Of a DNA stretch of 60,701 bases, positions 30,641 to 39,731 are shown piece by piece. Under the pieces are notes generated by a model. The model did no database searches and had not been told where the DNA came from. It saw nothing but the letters and a program-made list of their open reading frames with translations. Position 1 is the stretch's first letter. The number at the start of each line of letters is the position of its first letter. Where the stretch lies: contig JABLTJ010000018.1 in NCBI GenBank assembly GCA_013166775.1, positions 1 through 60,701 of the forward strand, written 5' to 3'. The translations under genes and the position numbers were made by a program. The stretch is from Promethearchaeati archaeon (GTDB lineage: Archaea; Asgardarchaeota; Heimdallarchaeia; Heimdallarchaeales; Heimdallarchaeaceae).

Positions 30641-31345
30641 TTGGCAAAAATCGCTGTAATATCTGACATTCACTCAAACATTTTTGCACTAGAAGTTGTT
30701 CTCAAAGATATTAAGAAAAAGAAAAATATTAAAGAGATTATCTGTCTAGGTGATGTTGTAGGATACTATCCTTATCCAAATGAATGTATTGAGTTAATAA
30801 GAGATAATTGTTCAGTCACTATGTTGGGAAATCATGATGCGGGAGTTATTGGTCAAGAATCAGCGTTCTTTTTCAATCCCACAGCATATGAAATGGTAGT
30901 ATGGACTAAAGAGAACTTGAAGCAAGAGAATTATAACTGGTTGACTTCATTACCGAGGAAAAAAACAATTGAAAGAGGAAGTAAAACTATCTATCTTGTT
31001 CATGGATCTCCCTTAAGAACTTTTGATTACTTTGATGCGTTTTCAGAGGAATCATGGTACTCCATGTTAGAGAAATCCTTTGAAACAACAAAAACAGATA
31101 TTCTGATGGTTGGGCATACACATATTCCATTTAAACTTAAATTCGAGAAGAAACACTTCTTGAATCCTGGATCTGTAGGACAACCAAGAAACGGAGTTCC
31201 AGGAGCATATTATGCTATTCTAAATACAAATCCAGTTTCAATTTCTATGGAACATCTAAACTACGATTATTCACCACTGCAAAAAAGAATGAAAGAGTTA
31301 GGTTTACCTGAATCATTAAGTGAAAGATTGAATCATGGCTTCTAA
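30641..31345 (+). CDS. Metallophosphoesterase (MJ0936/YfcE-like)
   Basis: DIH, GDVVG, GNHD, VHGSP, GHTH, NPGSVGQPR. Confidence 0.9.
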   Translation: MAKIAVISDIHSNIFALEVVLKDIKKKKNIKEIICLGDVVGYYPYPNECIELIRDNCSVTMLGNHDAGVIGQESAFFFNPTAYEMVVWTKENLKQENYNWLTSLPRKKTIERGSKTIYLVHGSPLRTFDYFDAFSEESWYSMLEKSFETTKTDILMVGHTHIPFKLKFEKKHFLNPGSVGQPRNGVPGAYYAILNTNPVSISMEHLNYDYSPLQKRMKELGLPESLSERLNHGF

Positions 31346-31353
31346 AGAAAACT

Positions 31354-31737
31354 TCAGTCATAATTATATGAAAAACCGTTTTCTTCTTCGATTTCATGCA
31401 GTTCTTCTTCGAGTTTATCATTATAAAGATCGTATAATATGACAAGAGCTACTCCTTTATGTACCCCCGCTTTTACAGAGAGCTTCTTATAACTAATTCC
31501 TGGATCTTCAGTAAGGATCTTATCTCTAATAAAACTCTTAATATTCTGATAATTTGGTATGGTTCTAATACCATCAACTAATTCGCTTAATCTGCCATCA
31601 AAACCTGCGAAATTAACGTCAACCTTCTTCTGTTTTTTGATCTTTTCAAGAAGTTTTTCGTTAAGCTCCTTCTCTTTTTTCTTATCTTCTTTGATTTTCT
31701 TTTGACTGCTGTCCAGATAATCAAACATCGTACTCAT
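31354..31737 (-). CDS. Hypothetical protein, possible HTH
   Basis: 127-aa ORF; DPGISYKKLSVKAGVHKGVALVIL helix-turn-helix-like segment. Confidence 0.55.
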   Translation of the reverse strand: MSTMFDYLDSSQKKIKEDKKKEKELNEKLLEKIKKQKKVDVNFAGFDGRLSELVDGIRTIPNYQNIKSFIRDKILTEDPGISYKKLSVKAGVHKGVALVILYDLYNDKLEEELHEIEEENGFSYNYD

Positions 31738-32558
31738 GAATTTACCCCAATCTCGACTAACCTTTGCTTATGCTAGTTAGTATCCTAAAAAAAGGTTTTG
31801 TATTCACTTAATTCAAATAAAAATTTGTTGTAATAAAGGAAACTTTTTTTTGTAGTAAAAATTATTTACTTAAGTTAACAATCCTTTCGTTTACATGAAA
31901 ACGATTTTGGTCGTTGAATCATTTATTTCTACATTTCATAAACAAGTTACTAGAATAGAAAAACAATCTTTAGTATAGAAAATGAGAAGATTCAACTGAA
32001 TTTTGATTACATTTTTAATGGAAAATCCCGACAAAATATTGAATGGGATATTGTTCTTGTGGTTTACATTACTTAGCACATGATTCCAACAACTAGATAT
32101 TAGTTAGAGTCAAAATTAACAACGTTTAATCAATAAATCCTTTAAGGAAATTACACTAGATTTGTCTTCAAAACAATAATGAAATGTGCATTTAATTAGA
32201 CAGCATATTAACATATTTTATCAAAAGAAAATTGAATTTATGTTCAGAGTAACATATATCATTTCTTTAATAATTTATTAAAAATTTTAGAAAAAACAAT
32301 TACCTGTTAAACAATTTTTTGAGCATATAATTTATAGTTCTAATAAGATTATGTTTAAAGGATTAATTTCTGCTGTGATAAATTCATTATTCTTTTAAAT
32401 GAATCAATCTCATTTCTTGTTTTTTTGAAAGGATAGAAAGCAGGAACAAAAGCTCATCTGAAAGGTATTGAGTTTGTGGAGTGTTCAATAGAATCATTTA
32501 CCTTTTATAGTCTTTGCAGATATTTATTATAGAGAAAGTCAAATAGGATTGAGTTAAA

Positions 32559-34103
32559 TTGAATTATCGAGAGCTTTTTGACTTTTACAATCAGCTTCAA
32601 ACAGCAGATCAAGATAAGAAAGAAAATGCTATTCTTAAAATCTTAAGAAATGAACATTTTTTTTCAGTTCTTTCCGATATCAAATTACGAAGAGGAAGTG
32701 TGGGGAGTGAAGAAGAATTAAAAAAATTAATTTCCGATATATTTCAAATCATAGCTCAAAATGATTTAGTAGCCTTTCTGATTGAAGTTGCAAAATCAAA
32801 ACATGAAAATATTGATGATGAAATCTTAAGTTTTAATGCTATTCAGCTTCTTGGATATACAAATAACGTTGATATTATCCAACATTTAATTGATTTGCTC
32901 AATTTTCCAAAGGAATGGGATATAGGAATGGATTATGATGAAGTTATTTTAACTGCTATTGCTAGAATCGGTGGCAAAGAAGCTCTAAAATTTCTTAAAA
33001 GTGCTCTCAACAACAGTAAAATTGAGAGAAACAATCTAATTTCAGCTTTAAACGCATTTACTGCTTATCATATTCCAACAATAATTTCTAAATCCTCGAG
33101 ACTTGATAACTTAACTCCTGAATTATTTGAAATTGTTGAGGAATTACTCCTTAGTAAGAAAAGTAGTTATTTAGATAGAAAGAATTCTTTACATTTTGTT
33201 AATGTTCTAGAAAACTGTAGAATAATCGATATGGAGAAAAAATTAGACATTATACTAAAAGCACTGATGTTAGCAGAGAATATTGAAATGAATCTACACA
33301 GTCTGAAATGGCAGGATTTTGATGGAAGACTCAGTTCTCCTGTAGATATATTACACAGTGGAGAATGGTTAGAAGCAAAGATACAATTAGGAAAGAATAG
33401 TGAATCTATTCCTCTTCTTTTGAGAGAACTCTCTAAAATAAACATTGAAAGAGATCAAAATTACAATATAATAAGATTTGTGAGAACTTTAATTGATATT
33501 TTAGGGTTTGTCGAGTTTAACAATGATAAAACATTGAAAAGTACTGTCTATCAGGAATTAAGTAGATTGATAAGAATTCAAGTTTATAGAGAGAGAGCTT
33601 TAACAGCTTTATTGATAAGGTGGAAAATTTGGGATTATCCTAAACCAATTATTGATGATTTTGTAGATATAACATTGGATGGAGCTTTTAGAAATTTAAA
33701 TGAAGAAACCAAGAAAACAGCTTTGAAATTTTGTGAGCAAGTCCTATTTAAGTGGGGAAAACGCTATGAACTAATCGGAAGTAAAGAGATTACTGAAGTC
33801 GTAGAGTATTATCAAGATCAAAATTTAAAGGATAGAAGAAGAATTATTAATTTTTTGTTCTGGATTGGTGGAGTATATTCTCTAGCCACTCTTAATATTA
33901 TTAGAAAAACAGAAGAAAAAGAATTAAGCGATTTTATTTATTCAGAATTTAAACAAATGCTTAACAGAGGACAATTTAAACTCTGTCGAATTCATACTAT
34001 CAGAAAAATAGAGACGTTAGATTTCTGTTCCGATTGCCTACAATCAATCCAATGGTATCCCTTTCTAAAGGAAGAAAATGCTAAAAAGCATAAAATTTCA
34101 TAG
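32559..34103 (+). CDS. HEAT/PBS-lyase-like repeat protein
   Basis: AIQLLG..IIQHLIDLL, AIARIGGKEALKFL, LFWIGG..SLATL units. Confidence 0.65.
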   Translation: MNYRELFDFYNQLQTADQDKKENAILKILRNEHFFSVLSDIKLRRGSVGSEEELKKLISDIFQIIAQNDLVAFLIEVAKSKHENIDDEILSFNAIQLLGYTNNVDIIQHLIDLLNFPKEWDIGMDYDEVILTAIARIGGKEALKFLKSALNNSKIERNNLISALNAFTAYHIPTIISKSSRLDNLTPELFEIVEELLLSKKSSYLDRKNSLHFVNVLENCRIIDMEKKLDIILKALMLAENIEMNLHSLKWQDFDGRLSSPVDILHSGEWLEAKIQLGKNSESIPLLLRELSKINIERDQNYNIIRFVRTLIDILGFVEFNNDKTLKSTVYQELSRLIRIQVYRERALTALLIRWKIWDYPKPIIDDFVDITLDGAFRNLNEETKKTALKFCEQVLFKWGKRYELIGSKEITEVVEYYQDQNLKDRRRIINFLFWIGGVYSLATLNIIRKTEEKELSDFIYSEFKQMLNRGQFKLCRIHTIRKIETLDFCSDCLQSIQWYPFLKEENAKKHKIS

Positions 34104-34266
34104 AAACCTTCATTTTTTCATGTTTTTCTTAGGATATTATGTGTTTTTTAATGATTTTTTAGTAGTAAATTGGATTACATTGTTTTCTTTTATCAAAAAG
34201 TTGTAAAGCGATAATAAAATAAACAAAGATTAATAAAAACATAAAAAACTTAACAGGAGAAGAAAA

Positions 34267-35565
34267 ATGAGAGTAAGAATTGCTTACATTAAAAGCGGTT
34301 ATATGAAATATTTTAGTAAAAAGGTGAACACAAAGGTACTAAATCTAGATTTTAGCTATTCCAAACTGTTCTTCGTTGATTTACAAAATTTAGAAAAATG
34401 TACTAGATTAGAAGAACTGAATCTTAGCAATAATCTGCTCTCATCTATTAAATTACAACCTTTAGCAGAATGTTCGAACTTAAAGAAAATTAATCTAAAA
34501 AATAACCAACTAAAGTCTGTTAATCTGCAGCCTTTAGCAGAATGTACAAATTTAGAAAGACTGGATCTTAGCCATAACAGTCAGTATAGTGTTGATTTAC
34601 ATCCATTGTCAAAATGCAAAAGTCTAAGGGAGCTGGATCTTAGCGATAATCCGCTGACTAGTGTTTATTTGTGGCCATTAACAAAATGTAATAATCTAAA
34701 TGAGCTTTTTCTTAGCAATAACATGCTCTCTTCTGTTGATATGCAACCTTTGGCAAAATGTTACTCTTTGGAATGGATTGCACTTAGTAAGAATAAACTT
34801 ACATCTGTTGATTTGCAACCATTAGAGGGATGCTCAAATATAGAAGTTCTTTTTCTTCATGATAACAAGCTACCATCTATTGAATTGGAACCATTAGCAA
34901 AATGTACTAAGCTGAGAGGACTAAGTCTTAATACTAATATGCTGACATCTATTGATTTACAACCACTAGTAGAATGCACAAACTTAGAATGGCTTTATCT
35001 TGGTGAAAACAAACTATCCTCTATCGATTTGCAACCTTTAGCAAATTGTATTAAGCTAAATGAGCTTGATCTTAACAATAACAAACTGACTAACATTGAT
35101 TTACAACCATTAGCAGAATGTACTAAACTTAGAGGACTTAGTCTTAATTGTAATATGCTGACATCTATTGATTTGCAACCTTTAGCAGAATGCACCGATT
35201 TAATATGGCTTTATCTTGGTGAAAACAAACTATCTTCTGTCGACTTACAACCTTTAGCAAATCACACAAGCTTAAAGAGGCTTAATCTTAGCAATAACAA
35301 ACTGGCTAACATTGACTTACAACCATTAAAAGAAAGTAGAAATTTAGAAAAGATTTCTCTTGATAATAATAAGCTTATTACTCTTGATCTTAATTCTCTC
35401 TATGGTTTTTCAAAATTAAGGGATTTCAAATTAGATGATAATGTAAAAATCGAATGGAGAGAAAAAAGATACAATAGAAGAAAGATACCAGAAGGATTAA
35501 CGAAATATGAAGAGAAAATAAGAGAGACTATTAAGAAAAGAAGGATTCAAAATGCACCAGTGTAA
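34267..35565 (+). CDS. Leucine-rich repeat protein (~15 x 24-aa repeats)
   Basis: Consensus DLQPLAECxxLxxLxLxxNxLxSI. Confidence 0.93.
   Translation: MRVRIAYIKSGYMKYFSKKVNTKVLNLDFSYSKLFFVDLQNLEKCTRLEELNLSNNLLSSIKLQPLAECSNLKKINLKNNQLKSVNLQPLAECTNLERLDLSHNSQYSVDLHPLSKCKSLRELDLSDNPLTSVYLWPLTKCNNLNELFLSNNMLSSVDMQPLAKCYSLEWIALSKNKLTSVDLQPLEGCSNIEVLFLHDNKLPSIELEPLAKCTKLRGLSLNTNMLTSIDLQPLVECTNLEWLYLGENKLSSIDLQPLANCIKLNELDLNNNKLTNIDLQPLAECTKLRGLSLNCNMLTSIDLQPLAECTDLIWLYLGENKLSSVDLQPLANHTSLKRLNLSNNKLANIDLQPLKESRNLEKISLDNNKLITLDLNSLYGFSKLRDFKLDDNVKIEWREKRYNRRKIPEGLTKYEEKIRETIKKRRIQNAPV
34891..35322 (+). repeat. 216-bp tandem duplication (three LRR units)
   Basis: ccattagca..tgtactaa..agaggact..aatatgctgacatctattgatt begins at both 34891 and 35107. 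Confidence 0.85.
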
Positions 35566-35569
35566 GAGA

Positions 35570-35587
35570 GGAACTTCAAGGAGTTCC
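35570..35587. terminator. Hairpin between convergent LRR and glpK genes
   Basis: ggaactt-caag-gagttcc, followed by ccttttt. Confidence 0.35.
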
Positions 35588-35656
35588 AAATCCTTTTTAA
35601 TTATCTGAATCAAGAATATTATCAGAAAGTCAAATAAGTGAAATTTTAAAAAAGAT

Positions 35657-37147
35657 TCATTTTTCCACCCATGCTTTAGCTCTTTCAATTGCTCTCTTCC
35701 ATAGATCTTTCAAATCATCTCTTTTTTCTGATGTCATTGTTGACTCAAAAGTCTGTTCTATAAGAAAATTCTGACGTATATCTTCAAGGTCTTCCCAATA
35801 ATTTACTGCTAATCCTGCAAAATATGCTGCACCTAAAGCAGTGGTTTCATTAACTCTCGATTTTTGAACAATAACATTAGAAATATCAGCTTGAAATTGA
35901 AGAAGAGGTAAGCAGTTTGTTACTCCTCCATCGACTCTAAGTACGGTAATAGGAGTTCCAGAGTCTTTACTCATAGCTTGAAAAACATCTTCTGATTGGA
36001 AACAGATAGATTCTATAGTTGCTCTGATAATGTGATCCCTTGTGGTTCCTCTTGTTAACCCTACCATTGTTCCTCTTGCATAGCTGTCCCAGTAAGGCGC
36101 ACCGAGACCAACAAAAGCAGGCACAAAAAACACTCCTTGAGTATCGGGAGTTTCTTGCATAATTTTCGTTAGTTCTTCTTTGTTCTCTAAAATTTCTATT
36201 CCTTTTTCTAACCACTGGATAGCAGCTCCAGTGATGAATACACTTCCCTCTAATGCATAAGTAAGTTTGTTATCTATTTTCCACGCAATTGTAGTCAATA
36301 ACCCAGTTTCTGATTTAATCGCTTGATTCCCTGAGTTCATCAACATGAAATTACCAGTCCCATAAGTGTTTTTTACATCTCCTTCATCAAAACAAGTTTG
36401 TCCAAATAGTGCAGCTTGTTGATCTCCAGCACATCCTGCGACAGGGATTTCAGAACCAAGAATCTTATTTTTTGTCAAACCATAGAAATTCTTATCACTA
36501 CTTGGACGAACCTCAGGAAGGATAGATTGAGGAACCTTCATAATTTCAAGAAGCTCATTATCCCATTCACCAGAGTGAATATTAAACAGCAGTGTTCTGG
36601 AAGCATTGGAATAATCAGTTACATGTTTTCCAGTTAAATTCCAGATTAGCCAGCTATCTATCGTCCCAACTGCGAGATTATTTTGTTTCAATTGATCTTG
36701 CACTTTGTTTGAATTAGCTAACAACCATTTGATTTTAGTCCCTGAAAAATAAGGATCTAAAACTAATCCAGTTTTATTATTGAAAATATCGAAAAAACCA
36801 TCATATTTTAGAGTATCACATATTTCAGCTGTTCTTCTACACTGCCAAACTATTGCATTATGCAGGGGTTTCTTGGTCTCTTTATTCCATGCAACTATGC
36901 TTTCTCTTTGATTTGTTACTCCAATGGAGCAAATTTGATTAGAGTCAAGGTCTGCAGATGAGATAGCTTCTTTAATCACAGTTAGACTGTTTCCCCAGAT
37001 TTCCTCAGGATTATGCTCCACCCAACCTGGTTTAGGAAAAATCTGTTTGTGTTTAATATAGCTTTTCGATACTTCCTCCCCGCTATGATTGAAAATCATT
37101 GCTCTTGTTCCAGTTGTACCTTGATCAATACTTAGAACAAATTTCAT
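35657..37147 (-). CDS. glpK: Glycerol kinase
   Basis: DQGTT, TNQRE, WQCRR, YFSGTK, GDQQAA, KNTYGTG. Confidence 0.96.
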   Translation of the reverse strand: MKFVLSIDQGTTGTRAMIFNHSGEEVSKSYIKHKQIFPKPGWVEHNPEEIWGNSLTVIKEAISSADLDSNQICSIGVTNQRESIVAWNKETKKPLHNAIVWQCRRTAEICDTLKYDGFFDIFNNKTGLVLDPYFSGTKIKWLLANSNKVQDQLKQNNLAVGTIDSWLIWNLTGKHVTDYSNASRTLLFNIHSGEWDNELLEIMKVPQSILPEVRPSSDKNFYGLTKNKILGSEIPVAGCAGDQQAALFGQTCFDEGDVKNTYGTGNFMLMNSGNQAIKSETGLLTTIAWKIDNKLTYALEGSVFITGAAIQWLEKGIEILENKEELTKIMQETPDTQGVFFVPAFVGLGAPYWDSYARGTMVGLTRGTTRDHIIRATIESICFQSEDVFQAMSKDSGTPITVLRVDGGVTNCLPLLQFQADISNVIVQKSRVNETTALGAAYFAGLAVNYWEDLEDIRQNFLIEQTFESTMTSEKRDDLKDLWKRAIERAKAWVEK

Positions 37148-37195
37148 GAGTGAAGTAGAAAAAACTATATAATAAATCTGTTTAGGTTTTTTGTT

Positions 37196-38422
37196 TTAGG
37201 GGTTTTTTACTTTAATTGCTTTTTTTTCTTCCACTTTTGATGAGGAAGTATCTCCTTTAACAAGATCTGTTTGTTTGGTATCATAATACCTTCCCCTCCA
37301 GGAGACTCTGCCACCTTTTATACCATAAAGAATTGAAACGATTATAATCACTATATTGACAATCATTGGAATTGGGTAAATTATATAGTAAAGCCAGAAG
37401 CCCATTCCTCTTTTTCTCCAGTATAACCAAATAGATATTGAATAAGCAAAGTAAGCTGCACAATTGATTAAAATTCCAAATGTATAATCCCAAACAAACC
37501 ATTCTTCCTGGTTGATAAAAGCATTAACCATAAAATAAGGTGCTAAAAGGAAGTAGATTATCCAGAAAACAACAAATAAAACTCTCCACCAAGGTAGAGT
37601 CACTATACCTCCCCAAATCATCCTGCGAAAAGCTCTAAAGAAATCTGAAAATCTATCAGGATACATTCGAGTACTAACTAAATCTGTACCATCTATAAAA
37701 TTCAATCTCAATTCATTTTCTTTAATCAGTTTAGATAATGCTACATCTTCAACCAATGAACCACTTACAGCTAAGTGTCCCCCAATCGCTTCATAGCCTT
37801 CTCTTGTAAACATCATGTACTGTCCGCTTGCGATATACGAATCTTTATTGTAAGGATTGTTGATATCCTTTCTTGGACCTCCAGCGAGATAGCTTAAGAA
37901 GTAGAAGTAACTTATCAGATATTCATACCATTTTTCACAAACTTGATAGGGAAATAAAGAAAATAACGCAGCATTTGTTCCTTTAAGATGAGCTACTGTT
38001 GCTTTAAGAGAATAAGATTTATGTTTGGTATCTGCATCAGTAAAAAGCAATATGTCTCCTTTGGCTGCTAAATATCCTACATGACACCCATAGGATTTTC
38101 CTACCCATCCATCAGGAAGATTACGATCAACAATAACTCTTACTGGAAATTTCTCTACTAATTCAATGGTTTTATCATGTGAGCCCCCGTCAACCACAAT
38201 TATCTCTTTGTTAGGGTAATCAAGATTTATAATTGTGCTTAAACAATTTTCGATATTAATTTCCTCATTCAGTGTAGGAACGATAATACTTACAAAAGGA
38301 AGTTCCTTTTCTTTCAATTCTAAGAGTTGCCAACCATTCGTGCTGTTGTAAATTAGAATGATAAGATATGTTATACATGTTATTACTAACACTATGTAAA
38401 GAGAGTCTAGTATCATCCCCAC
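37196..38422 (-). CDS. Membrane glycosyltransferase family 2 (CrtQ/HpnB-like)
   Basis: NEE, VDGGS.D.T, LPDGWVGK..GC, FTDAD, GGH..V..VED, RMY, WRGR; TM helices. Confidence 0.85.
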   Translation of the reverse strand: MGMILDSLYIVLVITCITYLIILIYNSTNGWQLLELKEKELPFVSIIVPTLNEEINIENCLSTIINLDYPNKEIIVVDGGSHDKTIELVEKFPVRVIVDRNLPDGWVGKSYGCHVGYLAAKGDILLFTDADTKHKSYSLKATVAHLKGTNAALFSLFPYQVCEKWYEYLISYFYFLSYLAGGPRKDINNPYNKDSYIASGQYMMFTREGYEAIGGHLAVSGSLVEDVALSKLIKENELRLNFIDGTDLVSTRMYPDRFSDFFRAFRRMIWGGIVTLPWWRVLFVVFWIIYFLLAPYFMVNAFINQEEWFVWDYTFGILINCAAYFAYSISIWLYWRKRGMGFWLYYIIYPIPMIVNIVIIIVSILYGIKGGRVSWRGRYYDTKQTDLVKGDTSSSKVEEKKAIKVKNP

Positions 38423-38595
38423 ACTAAGTAGCTCCTTTATGATTAAATTAGAGAACAGTGAGCTTATTTATATAGTTTTTTTAGAAACACTAAAATATAT
38501 GCCGAATTAAATCAGTAAATAGCTAATAGAATATACGTGTTGTTATCTCATCTAAAAATGAAAAATGGAAGAAATGATTAAGAAAATTGGAAAGA

Positions 38596-39594
38596 TTATG
38601 TTGTTTTAATAGGTCCTTCTGGTGTCATATAGACTGTGTGTTCATGCTGTGACACATATGCATCCGATACATCTGCTAGCACATGATATTGATAAATAGC
38701 ACCTACTTGTACGAGCTCTCTAATGCCCATTTTTGCTTTAGCTGTCCCTAGTTCTTTATAGATCCATCTAGTTGCAACAGGTAATCGATGATATTCCCTA
38801 TCTAAGAGTCTTCGTACTTGTTTTGCAGCATCAGTTCTAAGAGGAAATCTACCTTCAGCTAATCTAACTATATATAGTTTGGTTCTATCAGAATGAGATT
38901 CACCTGAACCTGTTGAAGCAAAAGTTTCTATCGCATATGCTTCATCTTGGAGGATCAAATTTCCTTTCCTTCCAGAAACATTTGGGATGGTTTTTGGTCC
39001 ATGAACTCTATAAGGTAAAAGCAAATGACCTGAAAGATCTCTTATTGTGGTAAAACCATATCCTTCAATAATATTCTCAATTAAATCACCGATTTTACCT
39101 GTATAACCACCAACACGGATAACCTTGACAGCTGTTTCAGTAGCTTCTTGACTTGCTTTGATTAGGTCATTATGAACATCATTAAAAGCTACAGTAAGAG
39201 CAGTATCTGCAATAAAGCCATCGTATTGGACTCCAACATCAATTTTGACTACGTCTTGTTTATCTAATACAAGCTCATCTTCCCAGGGACAGGTATAATG
39301 AGCACAATGATTGTTTATTGATACATTCAATGGAAAAGCAGGTTTCATTCCTGCTTCTGCAATCATTTTATCAGCAGTTTCACAAAGATCCAAAGCTTTT
39401 ACTCCAGGTTTAGCCATTTCCCTTAAATGCTCTCGAATTTTACTTGCAACTTCTCCAGCTTTTTTGTATTTATCTAAGGGAGTTTCTTCTTTTTCTTCTT
39501 CGGCTTCTTCTTCAGCTTCTTCTTCTTCTACTTCTTCTACTACTTCTTCCTTTTCTTTGGCTTCCTTTTTAGTTTCTTCTTTTTTACTAGCCAT
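38596..39594 (-). CDS. map: Methionine aminopeptidase type II with acidic N-terminal extension
   Basis: AFP..AHY, KIDVG..IADTA, SGH, AIETF, HEHT; ATG after GGTGA. Confidence 0.93.
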   Translation of the reverse strand: MASKKEETKKEAKEKEEVVEEVEEEEAEEEAEEEKEETPLDKYKKAGEVASKIREHLREMAKPGVKALDLCETADKMIAEAGMKPAFPLNVSINNHCAHYTCPWEDELVLDKQDVVKIDVGVQYDGFIADTALTVAFNDVHNDLIKASQEATETAVKVIRVGGYTGKIGDLIENIIEGYGFTTIRDLSGHLLLPYRVHGPKTIPNVSGRKGNLILQDEAYAIETFASTGSGESHSDRTKLYIVRLAEGRFPLRTDAAKQVRRLLDREYHRLPVATRWIYKELGTAKAKMGIRELVQVGAIYQYHVLADVSDAYVSQHEHTVYMTPEGPIKTT

Positions 39595-39731
39595 CGATTT
39601 CACCAGAATGAATTTTACTCGAATTGAGGATATTTAACTTTGATGTTTAAACACCTTGTTGCTTTTTATTATTTTCTTTCTATCAAATTACTTGAAAAGA
39701 AAAATAAGAAAAAAAGGAAAAAAGATTTAAT

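Noticed and set aside
34370-35400. 72-bp periodic repeats as CRISPR array or DGR template/variable repeat
   Set aside because: Degenerate in-frame coding repeats; differences not restricted to adenines; no cas or reverse transcriptase
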